64,000 nucleotides of DNA from Candidatus Krumholzibacteriota bacterium. GTDB taxonomy: Bacteria; Krumholzibacteriota; Krumholzibacteriia; JAJRXK01. The notes under the pieces are model-generated. The model was not told where the DNA came from. It did no database searches and was given only the letters and a program-made list of their open reading frames with translations. Of the stretch, positions 10,514 to 19,110 are shown one piece after another. Position numbers and translations under genes: made by a program. The first letter of the stretch is position 1, and the number at the start of each line of letters is the position of its first letter. The stretch lies in NCBI GenBank assembly GCA_024276305.1, contig JAJRXK010000019.1, positions 43,294 through 107,293 on the forward strand, written 5' to 3'.

Positions 10514-11593
10514 TCAGTCCTTGCGACGCTTCAGAGCGCGGCCCCGAGGGGCCCCGCTTCGTCGTTCTTGGCGATGCACGAGTTGGCCGCAGGCCCCCGA
10601 AACCTCCCGGCCCCGGCTGTCCCTCACGGTGGCCACGATTCCGTGCTGCCAGAGGTGATCGACCATGGCGTCGATCCGCGTTGGAGATGGTCTTTGGCCT
10701 GCGAAGCTCTCGATGGGATTGAGCGGGATCAGATTGACCTTGAAAGGACCGCTCCGCGCCAGCGACACCAGGATCTTCGCCTGTGCCAGGTCGTCATTCT
10801 CGCCGGCGATGATCGCGCATTCCAATGTGACCTTCCGACGGGAGCTCCGGCCGTAGTCCGCGGCGGCTTGGAGCAGCTCGGCCACCGGCACCTGCCCGGC
10901 GACGGGCATGAGCCTTCGGCGATCCTCGTCTCGGCCCGTGGTCAAGGAAATCGCGAGTCCCACCGGGCGCTGAAGATCCCCGAGCGCGGAGATGCCTTCC
11001 ATCAGTCCCGATGTGCTCACGGTGATGCGTCGCGCTCCGATTCCGATCCCCTCTTCGTGCATGAGGATCCGCAGAGCGGGGAGCAGGGCCTCGAGGTTGT
11101 CGAAGGGCTATCCCATTCCCATGAACACGAGGTTGGGCTTGGAACGACCTGGGTTCAGGCGGGAGAGGAGTCGCACTTGTTCGACGATCTCGGCGGTGGA
11201 GAGCTGGCGAATGATCCCCATCCGGCCCGTGGCGCAGAAAACGCACCCCATTCGGCATCCGACTTGTGAGGACAGGCAGTAGGTGAAGTTTGCGTCCTCG
11301 CGGGGAATCGCGACCGCTTCGATGCGCGCGCCGTCCGCCAACGCGATCAGGTGCTTCGTCGATCCTCCAGCCGTGGACTCCGACGCCACCACCTGGAGGG
11401 GAGCCAATCCCGGGTGGCGGGACCACCGCTCCCGCAGGGCCTGCGGGAGGACGGTCACTTCGTCGAGGGTGGCGACATTCTGAACGTAGAGGGCGCGAGC
11501 GAGTTGCCGTCCTCGATATGCCGGCTGGCCTTCGTCTAGGGCGAAGTCCTCGAGTTCCTCGGGGCTGAGGTCGGTGAGAGTCTGGGGCAACAC
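10514..11593 (-). pseudogene. rlmN: rlmN (radical-SAM 23S rRNA/tRNA m2A methyltransferase) interrupted by a single in-frame TAG at the conserved Glu of the MGMGEPL motif.
   Basis: N-terminal ORF ends ...CxxxCxFCATG...NLVFMGMG, then TAG (complement of 11105..11107), then PFDNLEALLPALRILMHEEGIGIGARRITVSTSG...KVNLIPLNP...ACGQL in the same frame. Expected sequence is MGMG-E-P[LF]. Both ORFs share one reading frame, so this is a point nonsense change, not a frameshift. Probable GTG start 11593. Confidence 0.8.
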
Positions 11594-11614
11594 GGCATTC
11601 CCACTTCTCGAGTC

Positions 11615-11630
11615 GGGTGTCTTGACAGGC
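11615..11630 (+). promoter_or_regulatory. 16-mer GGGTGTCTTGACAGGC containing a TTGACA -35-like hexamer; identical copy at 29491..29506.
   Basis: Exact 16-nt repeat, both copies intergenic and oriented toward + strand genes (arsR-ntrC here; the M23 peptidase at the other copy). Confidence 0.3.
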
Positions 11631-11707
11631 TTGTCCCGTTGAGAGAAGTTCGGCGGGAGTTCCGTCACCACTCCATCGCCACTCCACGGGGAGGAAGGGC
11701 TGCGCCG

Positions 11708-12100
11708 ATGACCTCTTCGGTTCAAGATCCCATGCATGGTAGCGTGGATCGATCCGGCCCGCTCTCCTCCGCGAGGGCGGCCCTGCTGGCGGCAGTAGCC
11801 GACCCGGTGCGCCAGAGGATCCTCTTCGAACTCACCGAAGCGACGACCGTGGGGGAGCTGTGCCGCCGGTTGGACATGGCGCAGCCCCGGGTCTCTCACC
11901 ACCTCGCCGTGCTGCGTCAGGCAGGTTTGGTGGTGGCCGAGGCCCAGGGACGTCAACGGCCTCATCGCTGGGCCGAAGCTCCGGCGGGTTCGGATCTGGA
12001 GCGGATTCAGGACTTGTTGAGAAGTTGGAGCGGGGGCGAAAGCAGAACTCGTCCCCCTTCATCTCCCCAGGCTGCCAATCTCGAAGATTTCCTTCTGTAG
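11708..12100 (+). CDS. ArsR/SmtB-family HTH transcriptional regulator.
   Basis: LLAAVADPVRQRILFELTEATTVGELCRRLDMAQPRVSHHLAVLRQAGLVVAE wHTH motif. ATG 11708 with GGAGGAAGG RBS; the ORF-track N-terminal extension is unlikely. Confidence 0.7.
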   Translation: MTSSVQDPMHGSVDRSGPLSSARAALLAAVADPVRQRILFELTEATTVGELCRRLDMAQPRVSHHLAVLRQAGLVVAEAQGRQRPHRWAEAPAGSDLERIQDLLRSWSGGESRTRPPSSPQAANLEDFLL

Positions 12101-12142
12101 GGCCGAGAGAGGGTCGATGGACCACCCAGGAGAGACGAAGGC

Positions 12143-13513
12143 ATGACCGAAGCCAAGGCGCGGATCCTGATCGCGGATGACGAGGTGGCCATACGCCAGA
12201 GCCTTGGCAGCATCCTGGGTTACGAGGGTTTCGAAGTCTGCGAAGCCGAGAACGGGCCCGCGGCCCTGGCGAAATTGGCCGCAGAAAGGATCGATCTCCT
12301 CCTTCTCGATGTGAAGATGCCCCAGATGGACGGTTTCGAGGTCATCGCTCGGCTTCGCGAGGAAGGTCTGGATCTGCCAGTGGTGGTGATCAGCGGTCAC
12401 GATGCAGTCAGCAACGCGGTGGAGGCCATCAAACGGGGAGCCTACGATTTCCTGGAGAAACCCTTCAAGAAGGAGGAGCTGCTCGTTCGGGTGAACAACG
12501 CCCTCGAACACGGCCGAGTGCGCCGGGCGAATCGGGAGCTCCTCGAGAGCACGCGGTCCGGAATGCAGCTCATCGGAGACAGTCCCGCGATGCACGAGGT
12601 GAAGTCTCTCATCGAAAAGGTCGCTCCGACCCCGGCCCGCGTTCTCATCACCGGGGAGAACGGAACGGGCAAGGAGCTGGTGGCCAAGGCCATCCACGCC
12701 GCCTCGACCCGGTCCAAGGCTCCCTTCGTGGAGGTGAATTGCGCCGCATTGCCCGAGGAACTCGTCGAGAGCGAGCTCTTCGGTCACGAGAAGGGCGCCT
12801 TCACCGGGGCGCAGCGTCGTCGCGAGGGAAAGTTCGAACGGGCCCACGGCGGGACGCTCTTCCTCGACGAGATCGGGGACATGAGCCCTTCGGCCCAGGC
12901 CAAGGTGCTTCGAGCTCTCGAGGACCAACGGATCGAACGCGTGGGGGGATCGGGACCCATCGACGTGGATGTCCGAATCCTCGCGGCCACCAATCGGGAT
13001 CTCCAGGACGACGACCTCGGTTTTCGTCAGGACCTCTTCTTTCGTCTCAACGTGATCTCGATCCACCTTCCGGCCCTTCGGGAGCGGCCCGAAGACATTC
13101 CCGCCCTCTTCGACCACTTTCTGGCCCGGGCGGCGGTGGAGATGAAGCAGAAGCCCAAGCCCTTGGATCCAGAAGTAGTCAATAAGCTGATCGCATACGA
13201 CTGGCCGGGCAATGTTCGGGAATTGCGGAATCTGGCCGAGCGTCTGGCGATCGTGGCTCCCGCAGAGGGGATCCGGGTGGCAGATCTTCCCGCTTCCATG
13301 GGAGGCCGGGAAACGGTGAGGGGAGGGGCGGAGTTCCTCGATGCGCCGACCTTTCAGGACTTCAAGGCGGCGAGCGAGGCCGTTTTCCTGCAGGCCAAAC
13401 TGGCGGAGAACGACTACAACATCAGCCGCACCGCGGAGCAGCTGGAAATGCAGCGCAGCAACCTCTACAAGAAGATTCAACGCTACGACCTGCGGACATC
13501 ACAGAAGGACTGA
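12143..13513 (+). CDS. Sigma-54-dependent response regulator (NtrC family: receiver + AAA+ sigma-54 activator + Fis-type HTH).
   Basis: Receiver ILIADDEVAIRQSL...DLLLLDVKMPQMDGFEV. AAA+ domain GENGTGKELVAKAIH, GAFTGA, ESELFGHEKGAFTGA. C-terminal HTH. No histidine kinase gene nearby. Confidence 0.9.
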   Translation: MTEAKARILIADDEVAIRQSLGSILGYEGFEVCEAENGPAALAKLAAERIDLLLLDVKMPQMDGFEVIARLREEGLDLPVVVISGHDAVSNAVEAIKRGAYDFLEKPFKKEELLVRVNNALEHGRVRRANRELLESTRSGMQLIGDSPAMHEVKSLIEKVAPTPARVLITGENGTGKELVAKAIHAASTRSKAPFVEVNCAALPEELVESELFGHEKGAFTGAQRRREGKFERAHGGTLFLDEIGDMSPSAQAKVLRALEDQRIERVGGSGPIDVDVRILAATNRDLQDDDLGFRQDLFFRLNVISIHLPALRERPEDIPALFDHFLARAAVEMKQKPKPLDPEVVNKLIAYDWPGNVRELRNLAERLAIVAPAEGIRVADLPASMGGRETVRGGAEFLDAPTFQDFKAASEAVFLQAKLAENDYNISRTAEQLEMQRSNLYKKIQRYDLRTSQKD

Positions 13514-13544
13514 GAGAGCGACGGTGGTGATCGCGTTCTGGCGA

Positions 13545-13574
13545 TTGACAGCAACCCCACGGCGTACGTATCGT
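13545..13574 (+). promoter_or_regulatory. Sigma-70-like promoter candidate (TTGACA-N18-TATCGT) upstream of the small secreted protein gene.
   Basis: Hexamers read directly from the sequence. Confidence 0.3.
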
Positions 13575-13725
13575 AGTAGGGTCATCTCGTGGGCTGGAGT
13601 GGGCTGCAGCGGGATCGACGACCCGCCCGTCGTGGATCTGCAAGGCGGCCCCCCGTGGTCCTGACCAGAAGCGCCCTCGAAGGAGGGTGGGATGACAAGA
13701 TCCGAAACCTAGGGAGTACGAACCC

Positions 13726-14085
13726 ATGAAGAGCCACGTATCTGCCGGATTGGCTCTGGCCCTCGTGGTGCTGGTTCTGTTGAGTGCGGTGCCTTCGTCA
13801 GCATTCGCTGGCGACGGCGAAGAGGACTTGACCCTGGGATTGGTGCGACCCACGACGGTTGCGCCCACCGCAACGCGCGGTCTCCCCACCGGAGGTACTG
13901 ACCCCGGAACGGGTACCGTGAACGGTGATCCCGAGGATTGGTTGGGCGGACAGAATCTGAAGCCGGATTCGAATCCTGGCAAGAATCTGACGGCGCCCGA
14001 TCCTCCCAGTAGTCTCTTTGTCCAGATCCAGCAATGGTGGCAGTCGATGCTTCGCCTTTCCGCGGAGACCATGGCTGGCCGCTGA
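13726..14085 (+). CDS. Small secreted protein (119 aa, signal peptide, G/P/T-rich), unknown function.
   Basis: MKSHVSAGLALALVVLVLLSAVPSSAFA signal peptide. GGGAG RBS. Sits between the two sigma-54 activator genes. Confidence 0.5.
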   Translation: MKSHVSAGLALALVVLVLLSAVPSSAFAGDGEEDLTLGLVRPTTVAPTATRGLPTGGTDPGTGTVNGDPEDWLGGQNLKPDSNPGKNLTAPDPPSSLFVQIQQWWQSMLRLSAETMAGR

Positions 14086-14204
14086 CCCGAACCGGCGCCT
14101 GAATCCGATGCACCTGGAGGGTGCAGCAGGCACCTCGAAATCTCGCGCAATGATGGAATCATCGCGAGGCACCTTTGAACCCCTTCTCGCCCAAGGGATG
14201 CCCG

Positions 14205-17200
14205 ATGCAGGACTTTCGTGACGGCCGCGAACCGAGTTCTTCGTTGCCGCACAACTTTCACTCAGGTCCCGCCCTCTCCTTCGAGCGGCTCGAGGAGGTG
14301 GGCGACCTTCACTTCCACGCGGCAGCCTACACTTCTGCCGTGGACTACTACCGTACTGCTCTCGATGCTTCACCCGCCGATGCCGATGCGCAGTCGACGC
14401 TTCTCAGGATTCGGTGCAAGCTGGCCGATTGTTTTCGGGTGCAGGGGCAGCTTCGGCGGGCCCTCGAGGAGTTCGAGACGGCGTCCACGGAGGCCGCGGG
14501 ACTGGGGACGATCGAGACCGCAGCGACCGACGTGCGAATCGCCCGGGTACTGCAGGCTCAAGGCCGCTATTCGGATGCCATCGATCTCGCGACTCGATCC
14601 TTCACCGTCCTTTCTCTGACCGACCGACACGGTGACGTTGCCATCGCGCAGATGGTTCTCGGTATTGCCCACGCTTGCCGTGGTCAGCTCGTCAAGGCGG
14701 AGGAATTCTTCCAAGACGCGCTGTCGACCTATCGCCGGATCGGGGATGAGGTCTCTCAGGCCCATGTGCTCAACAACCTCGCGCTGCTGGCCAAGAGGAA
14801 TTGCCGGTGGACGCGGGCCCTCCAGCTCTACGAGCGGGCCGAGAAGCTCTTCCACCGCCACGGCGCAAATGTCGAAATCTGTGCGCTCTATCTGAACAAA
14901 GCGGTGCTCCTGAGAAAGACCGGTCATCGAGTCGAATCGATGGCGTCGGCGCTCCAAGGCCTGCGATTGGCCCGGACCCGTGGAGACCAGGGAGGAATCC
15001 TGCGTTTCGATCTGATCCTGGGACAGCTCAAGATCGACGAATCTGCCTTTGCCGAGGCCCAGGATTACCTCCTCGAGGCCCGGGTCCTGGCGGAATCCGA
15101 GGACTCCCGTCGTGATCTCGCCTTGGCGGATGAGTTCCTCGGGGATTTGATGTTCGCCAAGGGAGAGTTGGACGACGCGATGTCCAACTACGATCGTGCG
15201 GCGGAGAGAGCGCTCGAGCTGAGTCCCACCAACGATATTCTGGCCGAAGTCTCGCGACGTCGCGCCGAACTCCACCTCCGGCGCGAAGAGCCGGAGCTCG
15301 CACTCGAGGAAGTGCACCGAGGTGTGGAGCTGGTCGACGCTTCGGGTGAGGAGTTCGAACGCGGCTTCTTGGAGCGGACGCGGGGGGGGGCCCTCACTCT
15401 CCTGGATCATGTCGAGGAGGGCTTGATCTCCTACCGCGAGAGCCTCGACACCTTCCGGCGGCTGCATCTGGATCTGGAGGTCTTCCGCACTCTGCTGTGC
15501 TTGTCCGAGGCGTTGGTTCGGCGCGGGGGAGAGAAGAACCTCGTCGTGGCCCGGGCTCGGTTGAACGAAGCCCTGGCCTTGGAGCTGCCCCCGGAGAGCG
15601 GAGTGCGTCCCGGACGGGCTCAGTTTGCATTGGCTCGCGTGGAGTTGTCCCTGGGGAACTTCGACGAGGCCTTGATCACTCTCTGCGATTTGGAACGCAG
15701 CGCTGGCGATGACGATGCACTGCACGATGCGGAGCTGTCCCTGCTCCGAGAGGAAATCGAACACGCGGTGTCGGCGGATGCCAGGGGTGGGGTGGAGTCC
15801 TTCCACTTCGTGCGTGATCTCTCGGATCGAGTGGCTCCGAACGGGCGACACGACGAGGCGACGATCTCGTCGACGCTGGTGACCGCAGCCGAGCAATTGG
15901 GGGCGCAGCGTGCGTTCGTGGCCCTTCGCGACGAGCGTGGCAGGGTACGGATTCTTGCGAACCACGAGATGGCGCTCGTGCACGCGCGCGCTCTCGCGCT
16001 GCGAGCGTGGGAGCAATTGTCGGGTCAGGAGCCGGGCCACGCTCGGGTGTGGTCGCAGGCCGCATCGGATCCGGCGTGGATCGGCGGGGTGGCCGAGAAC
16101 CGGCGTCCTCTCGATTCCGTCGTGGGGATACGACTCTTCGACGCCGCATCGGGAAGGGAAGGGCTCTTCTACTTCGATGCGGCGGTGAAGGACAGGATCC
16201 CCTTCAGTCCCGACTCCATCGCCATGGCGTCGGCTTGTGTGGCCATGTTGGGCGAAAGCATCCTTCACCGCGTCCCCTCCGACAGCCTGCTCGACGATGA
16301 AGCCAGTCCCTTCTCTCGCTTTCTCACCCAGAGTGATCGGGTTCGCGAGGTTCTGAGTCTCTGTGCGAAGGTGGCCCCGAGTCCCTACACCGTGTTGTTC
16401 ACCGGAGAGACCGGGACGGGCAAGGGCCTGTTGGCCCGGATCATCCATGATCTGAGTCCGCGCTGCGACCGCAGCTTCGTCACCGTCAATTGCGCGGCTA
16501 TTCCGGAGACTCTCCTCGAGAGCGAGCTCTTCGGACACGTTCGGGGGGCCTTTACCGGGGCCGACCGTGACAAGGATGGACTCATCGTCTCGGCGGAGGG
16601 CGGGACGCTCTTCCTGGACGAGATCGGGAAGATGCCTCTGCCCATGCAGGCGAAACTCCTACAGTTCCTCGACTCGCGCGAGGTGCGTCCGGTGGGGTCT
16701 TCGCAGATGCGATCCGTCGATGTCCGGGTCATTTGCGCCAGCAAGCGCAATCTCGAGACCATGATCACCACCGGCGAGTTCCTGGAGGACCTCTACTACC
16801 GCCTCTTGGATTTTCCGGTGTCCATTCCCCCTCTGCGCGACCGAGGAGACGACATCGTACTCCTGGCGCGGGAGTTCGTGGCGCGAAGTTGCGAGGACCT
16901 GGGGCGACCGGAGCCGGTGTTGACTCGGGGTTTCGTCTCGAGGCTGCGGGCCTACGATTGGCCGGGCAATGTGCGGCAGATGGAAAAGGTCATGCGGCGG
17001 GCGGTGGTGCTCGCTGCTTCGGAGGAGCGCCTGCGAGAGATGCATCTCCCCGCCGATCTGGGTCCGGCCGCCGTGGACGATTCCGACGGCGATCCCCCGG
17101 AGTTTCGCCCGCTCAAGGAGCAGGTCGCGGAACTCGAGCGGAGCGTGCTCCGGCGCAGTCTGGAATCGACGGGATGGAATCGTTCGGAGACCGCCCGACG

Positions 17201-17267
17201 GCTGAAGATTTCCTATCCGACCCTGCTGCAGAAGATCCGCAGTTATGGGTTGAAGGAAAACTGCTGA
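14205..17267 (+). CDS. Large TPR-repeat / GAF-like / AAA+ sigma-54-dependent transcriptional activator (bEBP without receiver domain).
   Basis: N-terminal TPR-like helical repeats (AAAYTSAVDYYRTALDASP..., LNNLALLAKRNCRWTRALQLYERAEKL...). Central GAF-like region. Sigma-54 interaction domain GETGTGKGLLARIIH...ESELFGHVRGAFTGA...GTLFLDEIG. C-terminal Fis HTH (RSETARRLKISYPTLLQKI). ATG 14205 preferred over TTG 14175. Confidence 0.8.
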   Translation: MQDFRDGREPSSSLPHNFHSGPALSFERLEEVGDLHFHAAAYTSAVDYYRTALDASPADADAQSTLLRIRCKLADCFRVQGQLRRALEEFETASTEAAGLGTIETAATDVRIARVLQAQGRYSDAIDLATRSFTVLSLTDRHGDVAIAQMVLGIAHACRGQLVKAEEFFQDALSTYRRIGDEVSQAHVLNNLALLAKRNCRWTRALQLYERAEKLFHRHGANVEICALYLNKAVLLRKTGHRVESMASALQGLRLARTRGDQGGILRFDLILGQLKIDESAFAEAQDYLLEARVLAESEDSRRDLALADEFLGDLMFAKGELDDAMSNYDRAAERALELSPTNDILAEVSRRRAELHLRREEPELALEEVHRGVELVDASGEEFERGFLERTRGGALTLLDHVEEGLISYRESLDTFRRLHLDLEVFRTLLCLSEALVRRGGEKNLVVARARLNEALALELPPESGVRPGRAQFALARVELSLGNFDEALITLCDLERSAGDDDALHDAELSLLREEIEHAVSADARGGVESFHFVRDLSDRVAPNGRHDEATISSTLVTAAEQLGAQRAFVALRDERGRVRILANHEMALVHARALALRAWEQLSGQEPGHARVWSQAASDPAWIGGVAENRRPLDSVVGIRLFDAASGREGLFYFDAAVKDRIPFSPDSIAMASACVAMLGESILHRVPSDSLLDDEASPFSRFLTQSDRVREVLSLCAKVAPSPYTVLFTGETGTGKGLLARIIHDLSPRCDRSFVTVNCAAIPETLLESELFGHVRGAFTGADRDKDGLIVSAEGGTLFLDEIGKMPLPMQAKLLQFLDSREVRPVGSSQMRSVDVRVICASKRNLETMITTGEFLEDLYYRLLDFPVSIPPLRDRGDDIVLLAREFVARSCEDLGRPEPVLTRGFVSRLRAYDWPGNVRQMEKVMRRAVVLAASEERLREMHLPADLGPAAVDDSDGDPPEFRPLKEQVAELERSVLRRSLESTGWNRSETARRLKISYPTLLQKIRSYGLKENC

Positions 17268-17829
17268 CCGGCCTTTCCTCTATCGTCTTTTTTGATAGAT
17301 GCCAAGTCATTGAAAAGCAATGACTTCAATGCAGCGTAGTCCCTCGCTCTCTAAACTTTCTTTCCAGTTGCCGGCGAGGGTTTCGGGCCATCTTCCCGCA
17401 GTGGTGTCTGGAGTCGTAAAGCGTTGTCGATCAACACATTAGCTTTTCGCAAAAGATGGCATGCCGGCATGGATGGTGCAGTGGCTCCTCTTGATCGGTC
17501 ACCAAAGCAGTCGTGTACCGGTCGTCCAGTGAGGCCTTCGGGTCCACACAGCGGGGGGTGGCGGGAGAGTTTCTCTCCGATCACCGGCCAGAATGAGGTG
17601 GAGGCCCTTCAATTCGCTCTTTCCGTTGCCGTACAGGAGGTGGGGTCCTCGTGGGGTGATGGTCAGAGGTTCGGGTCTTTGCCCTCGCTCGCACTCTCCG
17701 TGCATTTCGAAAGGATCTTGGTCCTTCAGTCGGCGAGCCGCAGAGGCATCCGCATCAGGGTTTGGCGAGATCCCTGATGCAAGCATGGAGCCCCTGGTTC
17801 GATCGAGGGACCGCGGTCTGGACGCAGGC

Positions 17830-17859
17830 GGGTCGCCCCTTCGGGGGCGGCCCGTTTTT
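17830..17859 (+). terminator. Strong intrinsic terminator (10-bp GC stem, UUCG loop, U-tract) about 560 nt downstream of the nearest + strand gene end.
   Basis: GGGTCGCCCC-TTCG-GGGGCGGCCC followed by GTTTTTGTG. Confidence 0.6.
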
Positions 17860-18110
17860 GTGAATGTGCTGGAATGACGGGGCTTTCGGGCGGCAAGAGG
17901 CCGAGTTCGCTGTCCTCGTCGGGCTACAATCTCTGTCGCCCGCCCGCTACGATCTGGCTCCGAGACGGCCCTCGTCTGCCTCCAGGCTCATTCCCACTGC
18001 GGATCCGGCCGCCGTCCGACAGGATTCAAGTCATGTAGATACAACAGCTTAGCATCTGTTACACCGAATTGGCGGGCCCGGGGACCCAGAGCAGGATTGA
18101 TTGTGGACCG

Positions 18111-18126
18111 TGGCACGAGGGGTGCG
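18111..18126 (+). promoter_or_regulatory. Candidate sigma-54 (-24/-12) promoter TGGCACgagggGTGCg.
   Basis: TGGCAC-N5-xTGC with canonical GG/GC spacing, 45 nt upstream of lipoprotein gene start 18171 and downstream of two sigma-54 activator genes. Confidence 0.5.
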
Positions 18127-18170
18127 AGAGCAGGGTTGTGCTCCCCCAGCACCCTGCGGAGGTGAATGCC

Positions 18171-19094
18171 ATGCTCTCCGATCGAAAACCTTCCTGCTCT
18201 CGCGGCGGATTCCGAAGTCTCAGGCTTTGGACTCTTTTGGGCGGCGCAGTCGCCCTCCTCTTCGCGGGATGCGGCGAAGATGTGGTGGATCGAACTCCTC
18301 CCGCGATCCCCTCGGGAGTCTACAGTATTACTGCCGACCAGCAGGTGATCCTGCGGTGGACTCCGAACCGCGAAGCCGATTTGGCCGGATATTCGGTCCT
18401 GTGGAACGACGACGGCGGAGCCGAATACTTCATCATCGCCACCTTCGACGCTCTCGACGAGAACCACTTCATGGTCGTCGATGTCCAGGATCCGTCGCTG
18501 GACTACGTGGAGTTCGCGGACCGAGGGGACGACGGAACGGGTTTGGCCAATGGTTCGGAGAATTGGTATGCGGTTCTGGCCTTCGACCACGAAGGAAACG
18601 AGTCCGACCTCAGCCTCGAGGAGATTCGGGACGTTCCCCGTCCGGAGGGCAAGGTGCAGCTGCGCGACCTGAACTTCTTGGCCGCGGAGTCGGGCTTCGA
18701 CTTCTCCGGAGAAGTGATTCGACCGGCGACCGATCCCGCCGCTGACTTCTGGTTCGAGACCGTGGGCAACGCCGGATTCCTGAACGCAAACGTCGCTCGA
18801 GTGCGGGTCCAGGACTATGGGAACGTGGGCTTCGACGTCCTGTCCGAGGCGCCGATCGGAGGTTGGTCCGTGGTCGGGCGAGTCGAGGCGATTGTCGGAC
18901 ACACTTATGCATTCGAGATCGCGGCCGGTTCCTCGGATGTACGATATGCCAAGGTGACGGTGTTCGACATGGACGTCGTCGGTCGGATCGTGGACCTGGA
19001 TTGGGCCTACCAGCCCGTGGTCAACGAATACCAGCTCAAGGGTCTCTCCACGAGGAGATCCGGCGCGGTGCGCGTTCGCAAGAGCGCGCCCTGA
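18171..19094 (+). CDS. Lipoprotein with fibronectin-III-like beta-sandwich domain, unknown function.
   Basis: Lipobox LLFAGCGED after MLSDRKPSCSRGGFRSLRLWTLLGGAVA. FN3-like block SGVYSITADQQVILRWTPNREADLAGYSVLW. GGAGGTG RBS before ATG 18171. Confidence 0.7.
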   Translation: MLSDRKPSCSRGGFRSLRLWTLLGGAVALLFAGCGEDVVDRTPPAIPSGVYSITADQQVILRWTPNREADLAGYSVLWNDDGGAEYFIIATFDALDENHFMVVDVQDPSLDYVEFADRGDDGTGLANGSENWYAVLAFDHEGNESDLSLEEIRDVPRPEGKVQLRDLNFLAAESGFDFSGEVIRPATDPAADFWFETVGNAGFLNANVARVRVQDYGNVGFDVLSEAPIGGWSVVGRVEAIVGHTYAFEIAAGSSDVRYAKVTVFDMDVVGRIVDLDWAYQPVVNEYQLKGLSTRRSGAVRVRKSAP

Positions 19095-19110
19095 TGCGAA
19101 GGAGACCACA

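Noticed and set aside
10541-10575. GC hairpin plus U-rich run between the convergent metalloprotease and rlmN genes.
   Set aside because: Lies inside the rlmN 3' coding region, the stem is interrupted by a bulge, and the U-run is imperfect; not a convincing terminator.
12059-13480. 473-aa minus-strand ORF antisense to the NtrC-type regulator. Similar long antisense ORFs occur at 14370..16538, 32880..34682, 37050..39182, 47250..50540, 53011..55461 and 59197..60966.
   Set aside because: High-GC shadow ORFs. Translations are low-complexity R/P/G-rich with no motifs, and each is fully overlapped by a + strand gene with clear family signatures.
17268-17870. Searched by eye for tmRNA (tag reading frame, T-arm/ACCA end), RNase P P4 sequence (AGGAAAGTCCGG), SRP RNA (AGCAGCC) and tRNA T-loops.
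   Set aside because: None of the diagnostic motifs found on either strand; the region is left as unclassified candidate ncRNA.
17593-17877. 94-aa + ORF in the long intergenic region (and the 117-aa ORF 17424..17777).
   Set aside because: Reads straight through the intrinsic terminator hairpin. No RBS at a sensible distance and no signal or TM features. The region more likely encodes an ncRNA or regulatory sequence.
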